From the human T2T-CHM13v2.0 reference genome, Homo sapiens: a DNA stretch of 64,000 nt. How positions within the stretch are numbered: position 1 is the first letter of the stretch; each line of letters begins with the position of its first letter. The position numbers and the translations under genes were made by a program. The stretch lies in assembly GCF_009914755.1 (NCBI RefSeq), contig NC_060927.1. One strand, 5' to 3'. The notes beneath the pieces were generated by a model. It did not search any database. It was not told the DNA's origin and was given only the letters and a program-made list of their open reading frames with translations. Positions 1-12,990 of this stretch are shown piece after piece.

Positions 1-560
1 ATAATGGCCTACCGTTCCATCCATGTTGCTGCAAAAGGCATGATTTTTATATACTGTGGGAGTTAATTTTCTAATGTCTTGTTTAGGATTTTTTAATATT
101 TATCTTCATGAGTGAAATGGGCCTTTAATTTTCCTTTCTCATATTGTCCTTGTTTGATTTATATATCAGGATTATACTGGCCCTATACAAATAAGATGGC
201 TGATATTCCTTTATTTTCTGCTCTCTAAAATACTTTATAAAAGATTCAGATAATCTGTTTCTTGAAAGGTTGGTGGAACTTTCCAAAGGCCTGGTGTTTA
301 CTTTCTGTGAATATTTTTAACTACAATTTCTTTAAAATACTTTCCTTATCCTTAGTTGTATCTCCTTTTTCATTTATATGATTATCTATTTGCATTTTCT
401 CTTTTTATTATTGATCAGTCTGTTCTGAGATTTTTCTTTTCAAAGATTAATTTTCTTTTTGAGTTTGATTTCTGCTTTAATTTTTAGTATTGTAGTATCT
501 ATTTCTTAGATTTATTCTTTTTTTCTAATTTCTGTGTTGGGCACATAATTTCTAGTGGAT
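1..560 (-). mobile_element. Old L1 fragments (antisense)
   Basis: ccatccatgttgctgcaaa...catgattt is an L1 3' motif; it is followed by T-rich, ORF2-antisense-like degraded sequence. Confidence 0.55.
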
Positions 561-2734
561 TCTTTGCACTATTAAAATTTTAGTCCCCTGAAGTTCATGT
601 AGATGGGTGAATCCTGAAGGATTCCAACAAGTTTTGACCCAGAAAGGATCAGCGCTGAAGACATGCTCCCTCCCTTGCTACTGCCAGCCCTTCCCACAGA
701 GGGCCTGCCATAGGTGGTCATCTGAGGGGCAGTTTTCTCCAGGGGATGGTTTCAAAACAGGCGTTCAGTGTTCAAATGTGCTCTTGGCTTAATTATTCAT
801 ATTTTTATTTATTTTACTTGTATTTGTTAGGTCAGAAAACTGTTAAGGTGTGGAACTGCTTGGACTGAGAGAGACTGTAATCCCTTATGCTTGAGATTAG
901 GAACCTAGGTGATGGTGTTTAAGGTCACACGGCAGTTTAGGAATGGAGCTGGACCCAGGCCATGACACCTTATAGCCTGTGCACTTTTCACTCAGCCAAA
1001 CACCTCCTCTACACAGGAGAGTATCATTTTATAAAGTGGCAAGTTCACCTGCATGACCCTGTTCAAATATGATTAACATACAAAGCTCCTTTTTGTAATT
1101 CCAGAAAATGCAACTGGGGGAAAGTAAAAACTGTGCAACTTGCTTGTACCACAAGTGCTTTTGTTTTGTTTTTCTCACCAGCATTTATTCAATATTTGTC
1201 TGTGCCTATTGCGTGCCAAGGATTTATCCTGCAGCATTTTAACATGAACTTAAGGCTCACTCTGAATATTTTTCTTTTTACTTTTTGACTTCAGAGTAGA
1301 ATGGCTTGCAGAAAGGAAATAATGAAGACATCAGGGGTTAAATAAGCAAATGATCATTTATCTTTAACACTGTGGCAGAGACCCAATGTTGTTTCTTACA
1401 GTAAAACAGTGATAATCTTGTTTCTGAAGAAAAATAAAATCAGTACTTAAAAATGATGTATCCTGCATACCTTATTTTAAAGGAAGAATATTTATCTTAA
1501 TTTTGCTGAAGTCTCTTTTGTTTCCCTTATGGGCTCTTAGTACCTTTTTTCAGAGATAGGACTTGGATTATGAATTGGTTTGTATGGAGCAGAAGTTTCT
1601 CTGAGACTCCGCGTTCTTAATAGCCCCAAGAGGTGTTGTACAAGTTCTAAACATTCTGGGTTTGAAGCCAAGTCTTGGGTGGCTGTGTTGCTTTGCAGCT
1701 GTAGTTTAAATTAGAAACATTCTAGTTTACAGAGATCTAGATTTTTTAAAAAGACCTTTATAGCATATAAAGAGAAAGTATTAGCCTCAGCTTACTTGAT
1801 TCAGAATGAATTGAATGCAAAACATATTCAGATTAAAGAGACATGTACCTTTGAGAGTGTTTATAATGAGAGGCAATTAATCTCACTGTTAAGATAGAGC
1901 TTACTATGAATTTAAATTTTATGTTGATTGCTTTAAATAAACCTCACCTTCATTCTCCCCTCACTTGTCTTCAGGTGATCGGTTATGTTTGTTTATAATG
2001 TAAGTATGAAAATCCTGGTCATAACTGGTAATAGAACAACATACAGATTGCAGGCACTTCATCTGTGTTTTGATACAGTGTAAATGAGCCCATTCTCCCT
2101 ACCTCCCGAGCATGACCTTGGAGGTTTGGTCCTACAGCTTGCCTTATCATACACCACCCACCCCATGCACACACAAAGTCAGGCACACACACCTCAAGAA
2201 CGCTTCATCGGGCTTCAACATTGTATAGCCTTACAGCACACTAGACTTTGGATTCCATTGAAAGACTGCAAGAAAATTGTTCCACAAGATGCTAATCCAG
2301 AGAACTTAACTTTTGAGTAAATACTAGAGGTATTGATTGACATCTGCATATGGAAATTTCCAGATGCTGCATGCTGCTTTGGGACTATTGTAGCCTTTCC
2401 AAATCCTCGCTTCTCTGTCCAGATGTTCATCCTTCACTCAATACCGATTTCTTCCCATTGTGACTGTTTGCAAACTTTTGACATTGGCCCTATGGATTCT
2501 TCCCAAAGCATTTTCTCTCTCATAACTCCAAAAGACTACAATAATTTATAAAGCTCATAATATAAACAGAAAGGAAGAAAATAGTGTAAAACCCTGGTTT
2601 TATAAGCAAAAATAAAAAGGTATGAAAACAAGTACCAAAGTCTCTTAGTTCTTAGAAAAAAGATGTAGAATGAAGAAACTAGAAGACATTTTGTGTTCAT
2701 AACATTGAGTTTAATCTGCAGGGTAACTGAGTTT

Positions 2735-2975
2735 TAAAGGTTTTGGAGTCAGGCAGATGTGGGTTCTAGTCTAAATTGTGGCTCACTTTACCAATGTGAC
2801 CTTGCATCAGTTACTTCCCCTTAAAAGTCTGTTTCCTCATTTGCAAAATAAGAACAAGAATAGTAATAATACCTGCTGCTAGAGTTGTTACCAATATCAA
2901 ACAGGAGAACAAATGTAAAGCTGTTGGCACAGGGCAGGGCTCATAGTGAAAGCTCAACAAATGGCAGAATTTATT
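2735..2975 (+). mobile_element. MIR SINE
   Basis: ggagtcaggcag...tgtgaccttg...gtttcctcatttgcaaaat core. Confidence 0.65.
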
Positions 2976-4195
2976 ATTTATTGTTATACACATTAATAAA
3001 AATTGTACAGATGGTATGACTTGGTTTTCACTTCGGGAAATCCACTTTGGGACTTAGTTTCTCTAAAATGAAAAGGTTTGTACTACACATTACCTCCTGA
3101 CATCTTTTTCTAGCTCACTGGTTACAACTTGAATAGAACTAATAAATTTATATACAGACTGAAAACTCTACATCGTCTAGACTTGTGAAGGACTAGAAGA
3201 GAGTCTCAAGTTGCAGAATGTCAGAAGGACAGTGATGTAGGTGAGGAAACAGGGATGGAACTTCTCATGATAAATGTCCCTTTTCTGAAGAGATTGAATA
3301 TTAGAAACTCAGAGCCTGCCTGGTATAGGGTGAGATAAACATATATAGTGTTGCACAATTAAGCAGGACATGGAGACACTGGTTTATTAATGGATCAATT
3401 CATTTTTTGTTCAATTAATAAATGAGCAAAAAATAAGCCCAACCTGCTTCATTAAATATTTATTTTCAATGCATTTAATATCCTGCTTCATTCCATAAAA
3501 TGAACATTTCAAGGTGGCTGAAAATGCTTTAGGCCAAAATGAGATTGGAAAACCCTTGCCTCATGCAGTTCTGGGAAGTTGGACATAAAATGGTGTAAGC
3601 TGAGCTCCTTATTCTGAGGAGCAAGACATTATATGGAATATGGAAAATCACTGCTTGTTTTGAAATAGCTACTGTTTCAGTTAGGGAGGAAAAGGAAAAA
3701 ACGTGTAATTTTGATCACATCTAAAAATAATTAGTCTTCAAAGATAAAGTACACCTACATATTCATGATGGCGAGATTATGAAATAGGTCTTGGGGTGTG
3801 TCCTAACTGTGAACCCTGAATTGTCTTAGCAATGAATAGATAGAGGATGGCGCTAGGGTACAGGAAAATAAATACTAGGAACGCGTAATATTGTTAGCAC
3901 TAAAATCCATCTGGCTCCTTCTACCAACTGTCCAAAATTTCATGTTTCTACTAGGTCTGGGGACAAGAAAAACTCTTACGACTTTGTAAATATTGATGGA
4001 TTGTTTTCTCTAAGGCATTTCACATATTAGAAGGTCAGTGAACCTCAGAAATTCCTTGTCCCCTGTTACACCCAATTTATTATATAATTTTGTATGCTCT
4101 TGTATGTGAGTCTTAATTCCCAAATAATATCCACAACAATTTGTTTATATTTTTGCCTTTTCAGATTTGAAGTTGAAGATTTTTCAGGTCATAAT

Positions 4196-4259
4196 ATGAT
4201 GTTGCTAATTTTGTTCCTCGTGATAATTTGTTCCCATATTTCTGTGAACCAAGATTCCG
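4196..4259 (+). CDS. COL6A6: Coding exon 1: signal peptide. The exon begins upstream at an acceptor (AG ending 4164, or 4187).
   Basis: ATG ATG TTG CTA ATT... hydrophobic leader; donor G|GTAAGG at 4260; 64 nt, phase 1. Confidence 0.93.
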
Positions 4260-5457
4260 GTAAGGAAAAACTGGAAAGAATTCTTAATTTTGATTATAGA
4301 AAATAGATAATACATGAGTTTGACCTATTTAAAAGTTACAAGTTTTGTATCACTTTGTTTTGATTTTGATGGTAGTGAGATTAAGGGCGGTAAGTCAAAT
4401 TCTTTGTAAGGTCACTCCATATTCCTTTGAAGATCATTTGTTTCTGGATCTTATTCCTTGTTAATAATAGATATGAGAGCTGTCATTTTGTCCTGCTTCA
4501 ACCCCTTTTAGGTCTTCTGGGAGGTTGCATAAAAATTCTGTTAATATTAGGCTCAGGCCTGGAAAACTTGGAATGTCCCATCCTAATTCATTTGTGTCAA
4601 AAGGGTATCTTGGTTTAGTGTCCAGATTTGCTCCAGATTAAATTATTTGGCTGCTTATTGTGAAGAAAGTGCTTTTTCCCTGGAGAGAAAGCTTCATAGC
4701 ACTGCCTTCTGTCTGTTGGCAATCTCTGTCCTGTGGACTTAAGACACTAGCACACCCTTAACCATCTCCTAAATAATTGGTTCTTGTCCAGAGCAACTTA
4801 CATTGGCTTTTACAACTTCCTCGAGGACACTGACCTTGTAAGCAAGTTTTGTGAAGACATAAACCAGACTTTGCCCTGCAAACATCTTCCTTTGATGTAT
4901 CTCTAAGCCTTGAGCTTCTCAAGTAGAAGCCATGATTTTTCCTCCATTGTTTCATGGTTCAGACGTAGTGATGGACCTTATCAGAACCTGAGTCCGCCTT
5001 ATGTGCCACTCATCTACATTTCCTTTCTCCACAAAAGATGTAGGGCTTCATTCATGAATAGAAAGTCACTGGTGGTCACAAATCAAGCCACCCACGGCAG
5101 GGCTCCCCTGGCAGTCTTCACAGGGTTTCAGGCTTCTTTGGGAGGAAGGTGTTGATACACTCTCACTTATTTCTTCCCCTGAGATGCTGCTGGCTGTATA
5201 ATCATGAAAAGAATCTCAGAGTGGTTAGATTTGGGTTATTTAAAAGACAAGAAATTATTTTACCCATTATGCCTCGATCAGATGGCCATAAAAGGAATGA
5301 AATAACACACAGGTCTGCCAAAGCTGGTTTCCCAGCCAGTGTAGAAAGGAAAAGATTGAAGTTATTCTAATTTGATTAGAACTTACCTAGTAACCATTTT
5401 AGATAATTGGAATCTCAGAGTGAGGAGGTACCTTAGATGTTTTCTAGTTGAATCTAC

Positions 5458-5767
<310 letters not shown>

Positions 5768-6884
5768 TGAATCTACTTATTTTAAAGAAGAAAAAACTAA
5801 GGCCCAAGTGTATTGAATGTCTTGACAGAGCTCATAGAGTTAGCTGAAGGTAAAGTCAGGGTGTTCATGACTTGTTCCATTATGCTGTATTTCCTTAAAC
5901 ATACACCACACATATACTTCCCTCCCTACCCCAGACAAGAAATGGATCTTATGCTAAGGTAGAGAGAGCTCTGAGTTCAAACCAGCAGACCATTACTAAA
6001 CAACAGTTAGTGTTTGAATCCAATGATTCTATATCATGTAAAAATGTAGTACCAGATAAGTAGTGTTGAATCTAACAATGAATGAAGCTTTAAAGGTTAA
6101 GCAAAGTATTACATTCCTATATAAAACTTATATTTTTAATGGAAACTAAAACTAGAATCCCTTTTCTAGCCCAAGATACATTGGTGCCATCACATTTTGC
6201 ATGTGTGAGAATAAAATTCACCAATTATAATATAATGCTCATTCATGTAATTCATCAAAAATATTAAGATATTTAAAATAACCTTGAAAAAGATTGACTA
6301 TTCCATATTTTTATGATTTATAGATTTTTTTAAACTTAATGTGACAGTTTGGAATGTACAACTTATATGGTTTTAAGTTAATCAGATAAACTGTTGTGTT
6401 GCTTAAATGAGAAAGGCCATCTTTCAGATTTTACCATTAAAGTGAATTTGATGGAGTTTGAGTTTCAATTAAAATTTTTATCTAGTTGACATAGTTGAAA
6501 TCAAATTCCAAAAGCCAAAAAAACTACAAGAGGAAATTATCCACAAAAGGTATAAAACCCATGATTTTTTATTTCTCTGTTTATTTCTGTTTTATTTTTC
6601 CAGTCACTATTGTTAATCACTATTTCTAATTAACCAATTCCTTGCAAAAGTTATGTTTAATTTTGTGATAAGTTCAAATGAGAAGTTGTTTAAAAGAATC
6701 AGCCCAAGATACAGCTATTTCTTTTTCTTGAGAGAATGTGCAGTTGCAGGCTATTATTTTCGGTTTATTGGGAAGGTATTTTAAAAATAAAAAGGAAAGT
6801 ACTTCCCCGCCATAGAGTTGGCATTAAATATGGCAGTAAATTTTTTAAAGTTTTTGGTTCGTTCATATGTTTGTGGTTTTGCAG

Positions 6885-7481
6885 GCCCTGAGTATGCAGA
6901 TGTTGTGTTTTTGGTGGACAGCTCTGATCGCCTGGGATCCAAGTCCTTCCCATTTGTGAAAATGTTCATCACCAAAATGATCAGCAGTCTCCCCATAGAG
7001 GCCGACAAATACCGTGTGGCCCTGGCCCAGTACAGTGATAAACTTCACAGTGAATTCCACCTGAGCACCTTCAAAGGCAGGAGCCCCATGCTGAACCACC
7101 TAAGGAAGAACTTTGGATTCATTGGCGGGTCCCTGCAGATAGGAAAGGCTCTTCAGGAGGCTCACAGGACTTATTTCTCTGCACCCGCAAATGGGAGAGA
7201 CAAGAAACAGTTTCCCCCAATTCTAGTGGTCCTGGCTTCATCTGAGTCTGAGGATAATGTGGAAGAGGCATCAAAGGCCCTGCGGAAAGACGGAGTGAAA
7301 ATCATCTCTGTAGGGGTGCAGAAAGCTTCTGAGGAAAACCTGAAGGCCATGGCCACGTCTCAGTTTCATTTCAACCTTCGGACAGTCAGAGACCTCAGCA
7401 TGTTTTCCCAAAACATGACACACATCATCAAGGATGTAATAAAGTACAAGGAGGGAGCAGTTGATGACATCTTTGTAGAAG
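6885..7481 (+). CDS. COL6A6: Coding exon 2: VWA domain N7
   Basis: ttttgcag| acceptor, G|GTGGGC donor, 597 nt, phase 1-1; ADVVFLVDSS... Confidence 0.95.
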
Positions 7482-8489
7482 GTGGGCTTAGGATATGTGT
7501 ATAGGAATGATGATAAAACGCTTTTGAAAAATTAAAATGGGGAGAGGATTGAAATTCTATGAATATTCCTATCCCCAAAATGGGCTGCATTTTCAGATGT
7601 TATGTACCCATCGTTTAAGAGAGTCCAGTGATTATGACCATTTTCAATTCAGTGAAGCCCAGAAGTCTTGGTTTTTCATGTTTCACTTATCTGTGTTGCC
7701 TGACATTCACAGACTTCTTAAAATTTAGGGATGCTTTCTCCCTGCCACCCAGCTGATCTCTGAGCTATTTCCCTGGGCTTTAGTTGCTATGTAGTTTTAG
7801 TACTGGTTCATTGAAAAGGTAAGTTTGCTTCTAAAGAAATTCTTGACTCTTAAAACCACATAATATAATCATAGAATGTTAGACCTAAAGGCAACTTCCA
7901 GAAGTCCAGATCCCCCTGTTTTTTTGCAAAAAAGAACTTATATATATCCTTAGAAGTGATGTGCCTTGGCCCAGGGGCCAGGCTGTGACTTAAAGTCAGA
8001 GCTAACAGGCCAGATCTCCCAATTCCCAGCCATGTAGTTTCAGCTCCAGACTGCCTTGCTTCCTGCTGCCCTGTTCTGAATTAGTTTTCCCTGTGTTCTG
8101 ATCTGTGGCCAAACTTCTCTCCTGGTCTGTCCTCTTGTACTACTCTAGTAACAAGAATGGTCAAGAGTTGGTGATCATCATTCAAGTGAAGGGCAGGGGA
8201 TAGCCAGTAAAAAACAATGTGTTCAAAGTGTACATGTCCAAATATGTTATATAGGAAACTCACATTATCCCTGATTAAATCAGTTTGAATGAGCTGATAT
8301 ATATACTTACCTATTGATAATAGAGAATGCTTTCCTTGGGGTCATCTGTGAAACTATGAGTCCTTATTACTAGCATCATTCCCAAATAAAAGAACTGAAA
8401 ATGCAATTGCTATTTCGTTACTATCCCTTAGGAATATTTGGACTGTAACTGCTGACTATAGTGTGGATGATGCTTAAATGATTTTAATA

Positions 8490-8670
8490 TGATAGCAATG
8501 GCTATGGTTCACTGAATGAATTTTATGTACCAGGCCCCATGCTAAGAATATTGTCGCATTAAATCCCCATAACAACTCTATGAGATTAATATTGTCTCCC
8601 TTTTACAGATGAGGAAATTGAAGCCGGGAGTTTAGCTAAGATGTAGTATTTGAACTCAGGTCTCTTTAAC
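8490..8670 (-). mobile_element. MIR SINE
   Basis: ttttacagatgaggaaattgaag...atttgaactcagg core. Confidence 0.65.
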
Positions 8671-8810
8671 CTCAACTTCATAATTATTTGTCTACCTCCT
8701 TCTCTAAGTGCATAACTGAGCTCTGCTGTATGGTCTTCATGCCTTCTAATGCTCACCAAAGATGCTGAACCACCAGCTAAAATTGTGCTTGTTTATTTCT
8801 TGCCACACAG

Positions 8811-9431
8811 CTTGCCAAGGCCCTTCTATGGCCGATGTTGTGTTCCTATTGGATATGTCAATCAATGGAAGTGAGGAGAACTTTGACTATCTTAAAGGAT
8901 TCTTGGAAGAAAGTGTATCTGCCCTTGACATAAAGGAAAATTGCATGAGGGTTGGCCTTGTGGCCTATAGCAATGAGACAAAAGTGATAAATTCACTGAG
9001 CATGGGCATAAATAAGTCAGAGGTTCTCCAGCATATACAGAACCTTTCTCCCCGAACTGGGAAGGCCTATACTGGAGCTGCCATCAAAAAGCTCAGGAAG
9101 GAAGTTTTTAGTGCACGGAATGGCAGTCGGAAGAATCAGGGGGTGCCCCAGATTGCCGTGCTGGTGACCCACCGAGATTCAGAAGACAACGTGACAAAAG
9201 CAGCTGTTAACCTCCGACGGGAGGGTGTGACCATCTTCACCCTGGGCATAGAGGGCACCAGCGACACCCAGTTGGAAAAGATAGCATCCCACCCTGCTGA
9301 GCAGTATGTCTCCAAACTGAAGACCTTCGCTGACCTGGCTGCTCACAACCAGACATTTCTGAAGAAGCTGCGGAACCAAATAACACACACAGTCTCTGTC
9401 TTTTCAGAGAGGACTGAAACGCTCAAATCTG
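8811..9431 (+). CDS. COL6A6: Coding exon 3: VWA domain N6
   Basis: cacacag| acceptor, G|GTAAGG donor, 621 nt; ACQGPSMADVVFLLD... Confidence 0.95.
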
Positions 9432-10518
9432 GTAAGGTCTTCTGCTGAAAGAAGGGTTGTTTGGATTCTTTTTTTCTTCTCTTTCAAATATTCTGTATAC
9501 AAAGTGGATTGGCTTGGGAAGATGTGGATGGGAAGGATAAGTTCCTAATTCTTTTACTTGAGCTTGAAAATATGAAGCCTAATTTGGGGACAATAAAAGC
9601 CATTGAGGTGTTGGCATGGGGAGAAGAGATTTCCCCTTTTAGTTCCTCTTTTGTGCAGCTTTAATTGGATTTGTTACTCATCCATGTTCCAGAATACCTT
9701 CCTTTGCTATTTTTCTCTCTTCTTTTGTCTTTCTCTCTTTTGCCTCTCACGTTCCCCTGCTCTTCCCTTTATTTCTTTATTCTTTTTGTACTTTTCTCAC
9801 CCAAATCATCTTCCCTCATTTCCAAATTCCAATTTAGAGAATAAACAGGAGTGTGATTTGAATGAAGAAAAAGTAATTATGTAATTTGTTGTGGGGTACC
9901 ATTCTAGCATCCACCAGTGCAGGGACAGAGACAGAGGGTGATGTATCTTATGTTTCATATATACACTTATAAATATTTTTATGTATTGGTATACATATAG
10001 ATGTGTATATTCTTCCATAAATATTTATAGCATATTTACTACAAATGTCATTGTCTCACTCATGAATAGTAGCCTTAGTTAGATGACTAGGAGCGGGTAA
10101 GGAGTAAATAATTTGCTCAAGAGAGTTCATGGGCCCACAATGTCCAGTTAAATACCTGTCCAGTTAAACACCTTCTCCATTTCCCAACACACTACTTGAC
10201 TTTTTGCTAAGCAGTTATTTACTAATGGGTGAAGTGTCTTGTAAAAAGCAGCTTCAAATTTTTTAAATCTCCTACCATATTCAGACTTATCCTGATTCAT
10301 GGCAGAGAATTGGGGCAATAGTCTTAAAGTGTCAGAAGCGATTCATTTGGATGTTAAGATTCCCCCATTTTAAGCTAACAAAGCATGTATTTTAAGCCTA
10401 GAAGCTGTTTCCCATTTTTCTGTCTGAAGAGGTTCATATTTGTTCTTCTTTCCATGTGCTCTCATTTCTTCTTCATGCTTGCTCAAATGCCACATGCAAC
10501 TTATTGATTCCTTTTTAG

Positions 10519-11079
10519 GTTGTGTGGACACTGAGGAAGCAGACATCTATCTGCTTATCGATGGCTCAGGGAGCACCCAGGCCACAGATTTCCATGAAAT
10601 GAAGACGTTCCTGTCAGAGGTGGTAGGGATGTTCAACATTGCTCCCCATAAGGTGCGGGTTGGGGCCGTTCAGTATGCTGACAGCTGGGACTTGGAATTT
10701 GAGATCAATAAATACTCCAACAAGCAGGATTTGGGAAAGGCCATTGAGAATATCAGGCAGATGGGTGGGAATACAAACACAGGCGCAGCACTGAATTTCA
10801 CACTGAGTCTGTTGCAAAAAGCAAAGAAGCAGCGAGGAAACAAAGTTCCATGCCACCTTGTTGTCCTGACAAATGGCATGTCCAAGGATAGCATCTTGGA
10901 GCCTGCAAACAGACTGAGAGAAGAGCACATCCGAGTTTATGCTATCGGGATCAAGGAGGCCAACCAAACACAGCTGAGAGAAATTGCAGGAGAGGAAAAG
11001 AGAGTGTATTACGTGCATGACTTTGATGCATTGAAAGACATAAGAAACCAAGTTGTTCAAGAAATCTGTACTGAAGAAG
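10519..11079 (+). CDS. COL6A6: Coding exon 4: VWA domain N5
   Basis: ctttttag| acceptor, G|GTAAGA donor, 561 nt; GCVDTEEADIYLLIDGSGS. Confidence 0.95.
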
Positions 11080-11451
11080 GTAAGAGAAATCGTGGCTTTA
11101 CCTACTGACCTTCACTCGCAAATTGCTATCCTGGCAATAATTGACATTGCTGGTTTAGAAAAACAACATAAATTACTAAGTTGAGATTTGTTAACTTGTG
11201 TAACTGTGTTCTCTAGAACAAAGCTAAGAGCCCATTATACTGTTGTTCTAAATAATATCTGAAGCATAAGAAAAATATTTGGAGGAATTTCCCTAATAAG
11301 TATTAATCAGCTTCCTCTCACAATTTCTTGCCAGGATAGATATATGAGTGTACACCACACGTGTAATATGATAAAATGATTTCAGATTGTAAGGAGTACT
11401 TCAGGTTTATATGAATGTCTTTTTATACAGCTTTTATGAAATCATTTAGAG

Positions 11452-11668
11452 CTCCTGTTTTCAACCAGGAGTGATTTTGCACCCTTAGAGGTTATTTGTC
11501 AACGCCTAGAGACATTTCTGATGGTCATAACTGGAGGGTGCTCCTGTCATCTAAGAGGTAGAGGTCAGGGATACTGCAAAGCATTTTACAGTATCCTACA
11601 ACACACAGACTTGGCACAGTAAAAATGATACCCAAGATGTCAATGGTGCTGAGGTTGAGTAACCCTGA
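11452..11668 (+). mobile_element. MER20 hAT DNA transposon
   Basis: tttcaaccaggagtgattttgc...tagagacattt...gctgaggttgagtaaccctg. Confidence 0.7.
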
Positions 11669-11863
11669 GTTATGTATTTAAGCAAGTTACTAAATAACAA
11701 ATAGAATATTCTCACTTTTATTGTCTTCTAAGCTTTATTTACTACTAATTATTACTAAGTACACATGTCAATATAAAATTATTTGTGTTTTGGATTTTCC
11801 TGTTTACTCTGAACTTTTTACATGTAGCTGACTTGAATAAACATCACAGTTTTTCCTACGCAG

Positions 11864-12421
11864 CTTGCAAAGAGATGAAAGCTGACATCATGTTTCTGGT
11901 GGACAGTTCTGGAAGTATAGGACCTGAAAACTTCAGCAAAATGAAAACATTTATGAAAAACCTGGTGAGCAAGTCTCAGATTGGACCAGATCGGGTGCAA
12001 ATTGGTGTAGTCCAGTTCAGCGACATCAATAAGGAAGAGTTTCAGCTCAACAGATTCATGTCCCAAAGCGACATTTCAAATGCAATAGACCAAATGGCTC
12101 ACATTGGACAAACCACCCTGACTGGTAGTGCCCTGAGCTTTGTGTCTCAGTACTTCAGCCCCACCAAGGGCGCCCGGCCCAACATCAGAAAGTTTCTCAT
12201 CCTCATCACGGATGGTGAAGCTCAGGACATAGTAAAGGAACCAGCAGTAGTGCTTCGGCAAGAAGGTGTAATCATCTATTCTGTGGGAGTGTTTGGCTCC
12301 AATGTCACCCAGCTTGAGGAGATCAGTGGGAGGCCCGAGATGGTTTTTTATGTTGAGAATTTTGACATTCTGCAGCGCATTGAAGATGATCTTGTTTTTG
12401 GAATATGCAGCCCCCGTGAAG
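11864..12421 (+). CDS. COL6A6: Coding exon 5: VWA domain N4
   Basis: cctacgcag| acceptor, G|GTAGGC donor, 558 nt; ADIMFLVDSSGS...ITDG. Confidence 0.95.
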
Positions 12422-12667
12422 GTAGGCATGGGCATACTCACTAGCAGGACTATCCGAACAACAGATGTCTTTTTTAGCCTCTATTTCTTGAATTTAATTC
12501 TATTTACATATTGTAAACTTTTGGTTTAATTGAAATGTTTCTCCTAGTGGCTTTGACCTGTTGAATTAAACAGACAGTGAGGAAGAGTTTTGGTTTACCT
12601 AGACCCATTCCCATTTGTAGGTAAATAGCACTACAGTGATGGATCTCCATTTAAGAAAAATGGTATC

Positions 12668-12990
12668 ATACCAGTTCTTAGATCAGGTTCCCTAGAAGCA
12701 GAAGTTAAGTCAGGGGCTCTTTGGAAGTGATTTATTGAGGAGGTATTTTCAGAAGGGGTGTAGGAAACAGGTCAGGGCATGGGTAGGAACTGAACAAGGA
12801 AATCACCTTAGGTGGAGTCTAGTTTGGCCTGATCCCATGGGGAGCTCCAGACCATGAATTACAGAGTTGGTCCTACCTTGAGGCGAGGGGCTCAGCCCTG
12901 TGTACCCTGTGTCGCGTGGGCTACATGTGGGTTGCTGAGGCAGGCCTGGCATTTATCCTCCTGGGCAAGGTGGCTCCTCTTTGACCTACA
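12668..12990 (-). mobile_element. LTR16-like ERVL solo LTR (approximate ends)
   Basis: tcttagatcaggttccctagaagcaga...gtgatttattgagg...ggagctccaga. Confidence 0.5.

Noticed and set aside
3700-4164. Promoter directly upstream of the ATG exon
   Set aside because: No CpG island or clear core promoter, and the ATG exon is preceded by a good splice acceptor, which implies an upstream non-coding exon.
10141-10172. 16-bp tandem TGTCCAGTTAAA(T/C)ACC x2
   Set aside because: Ordinary slippage duplication.
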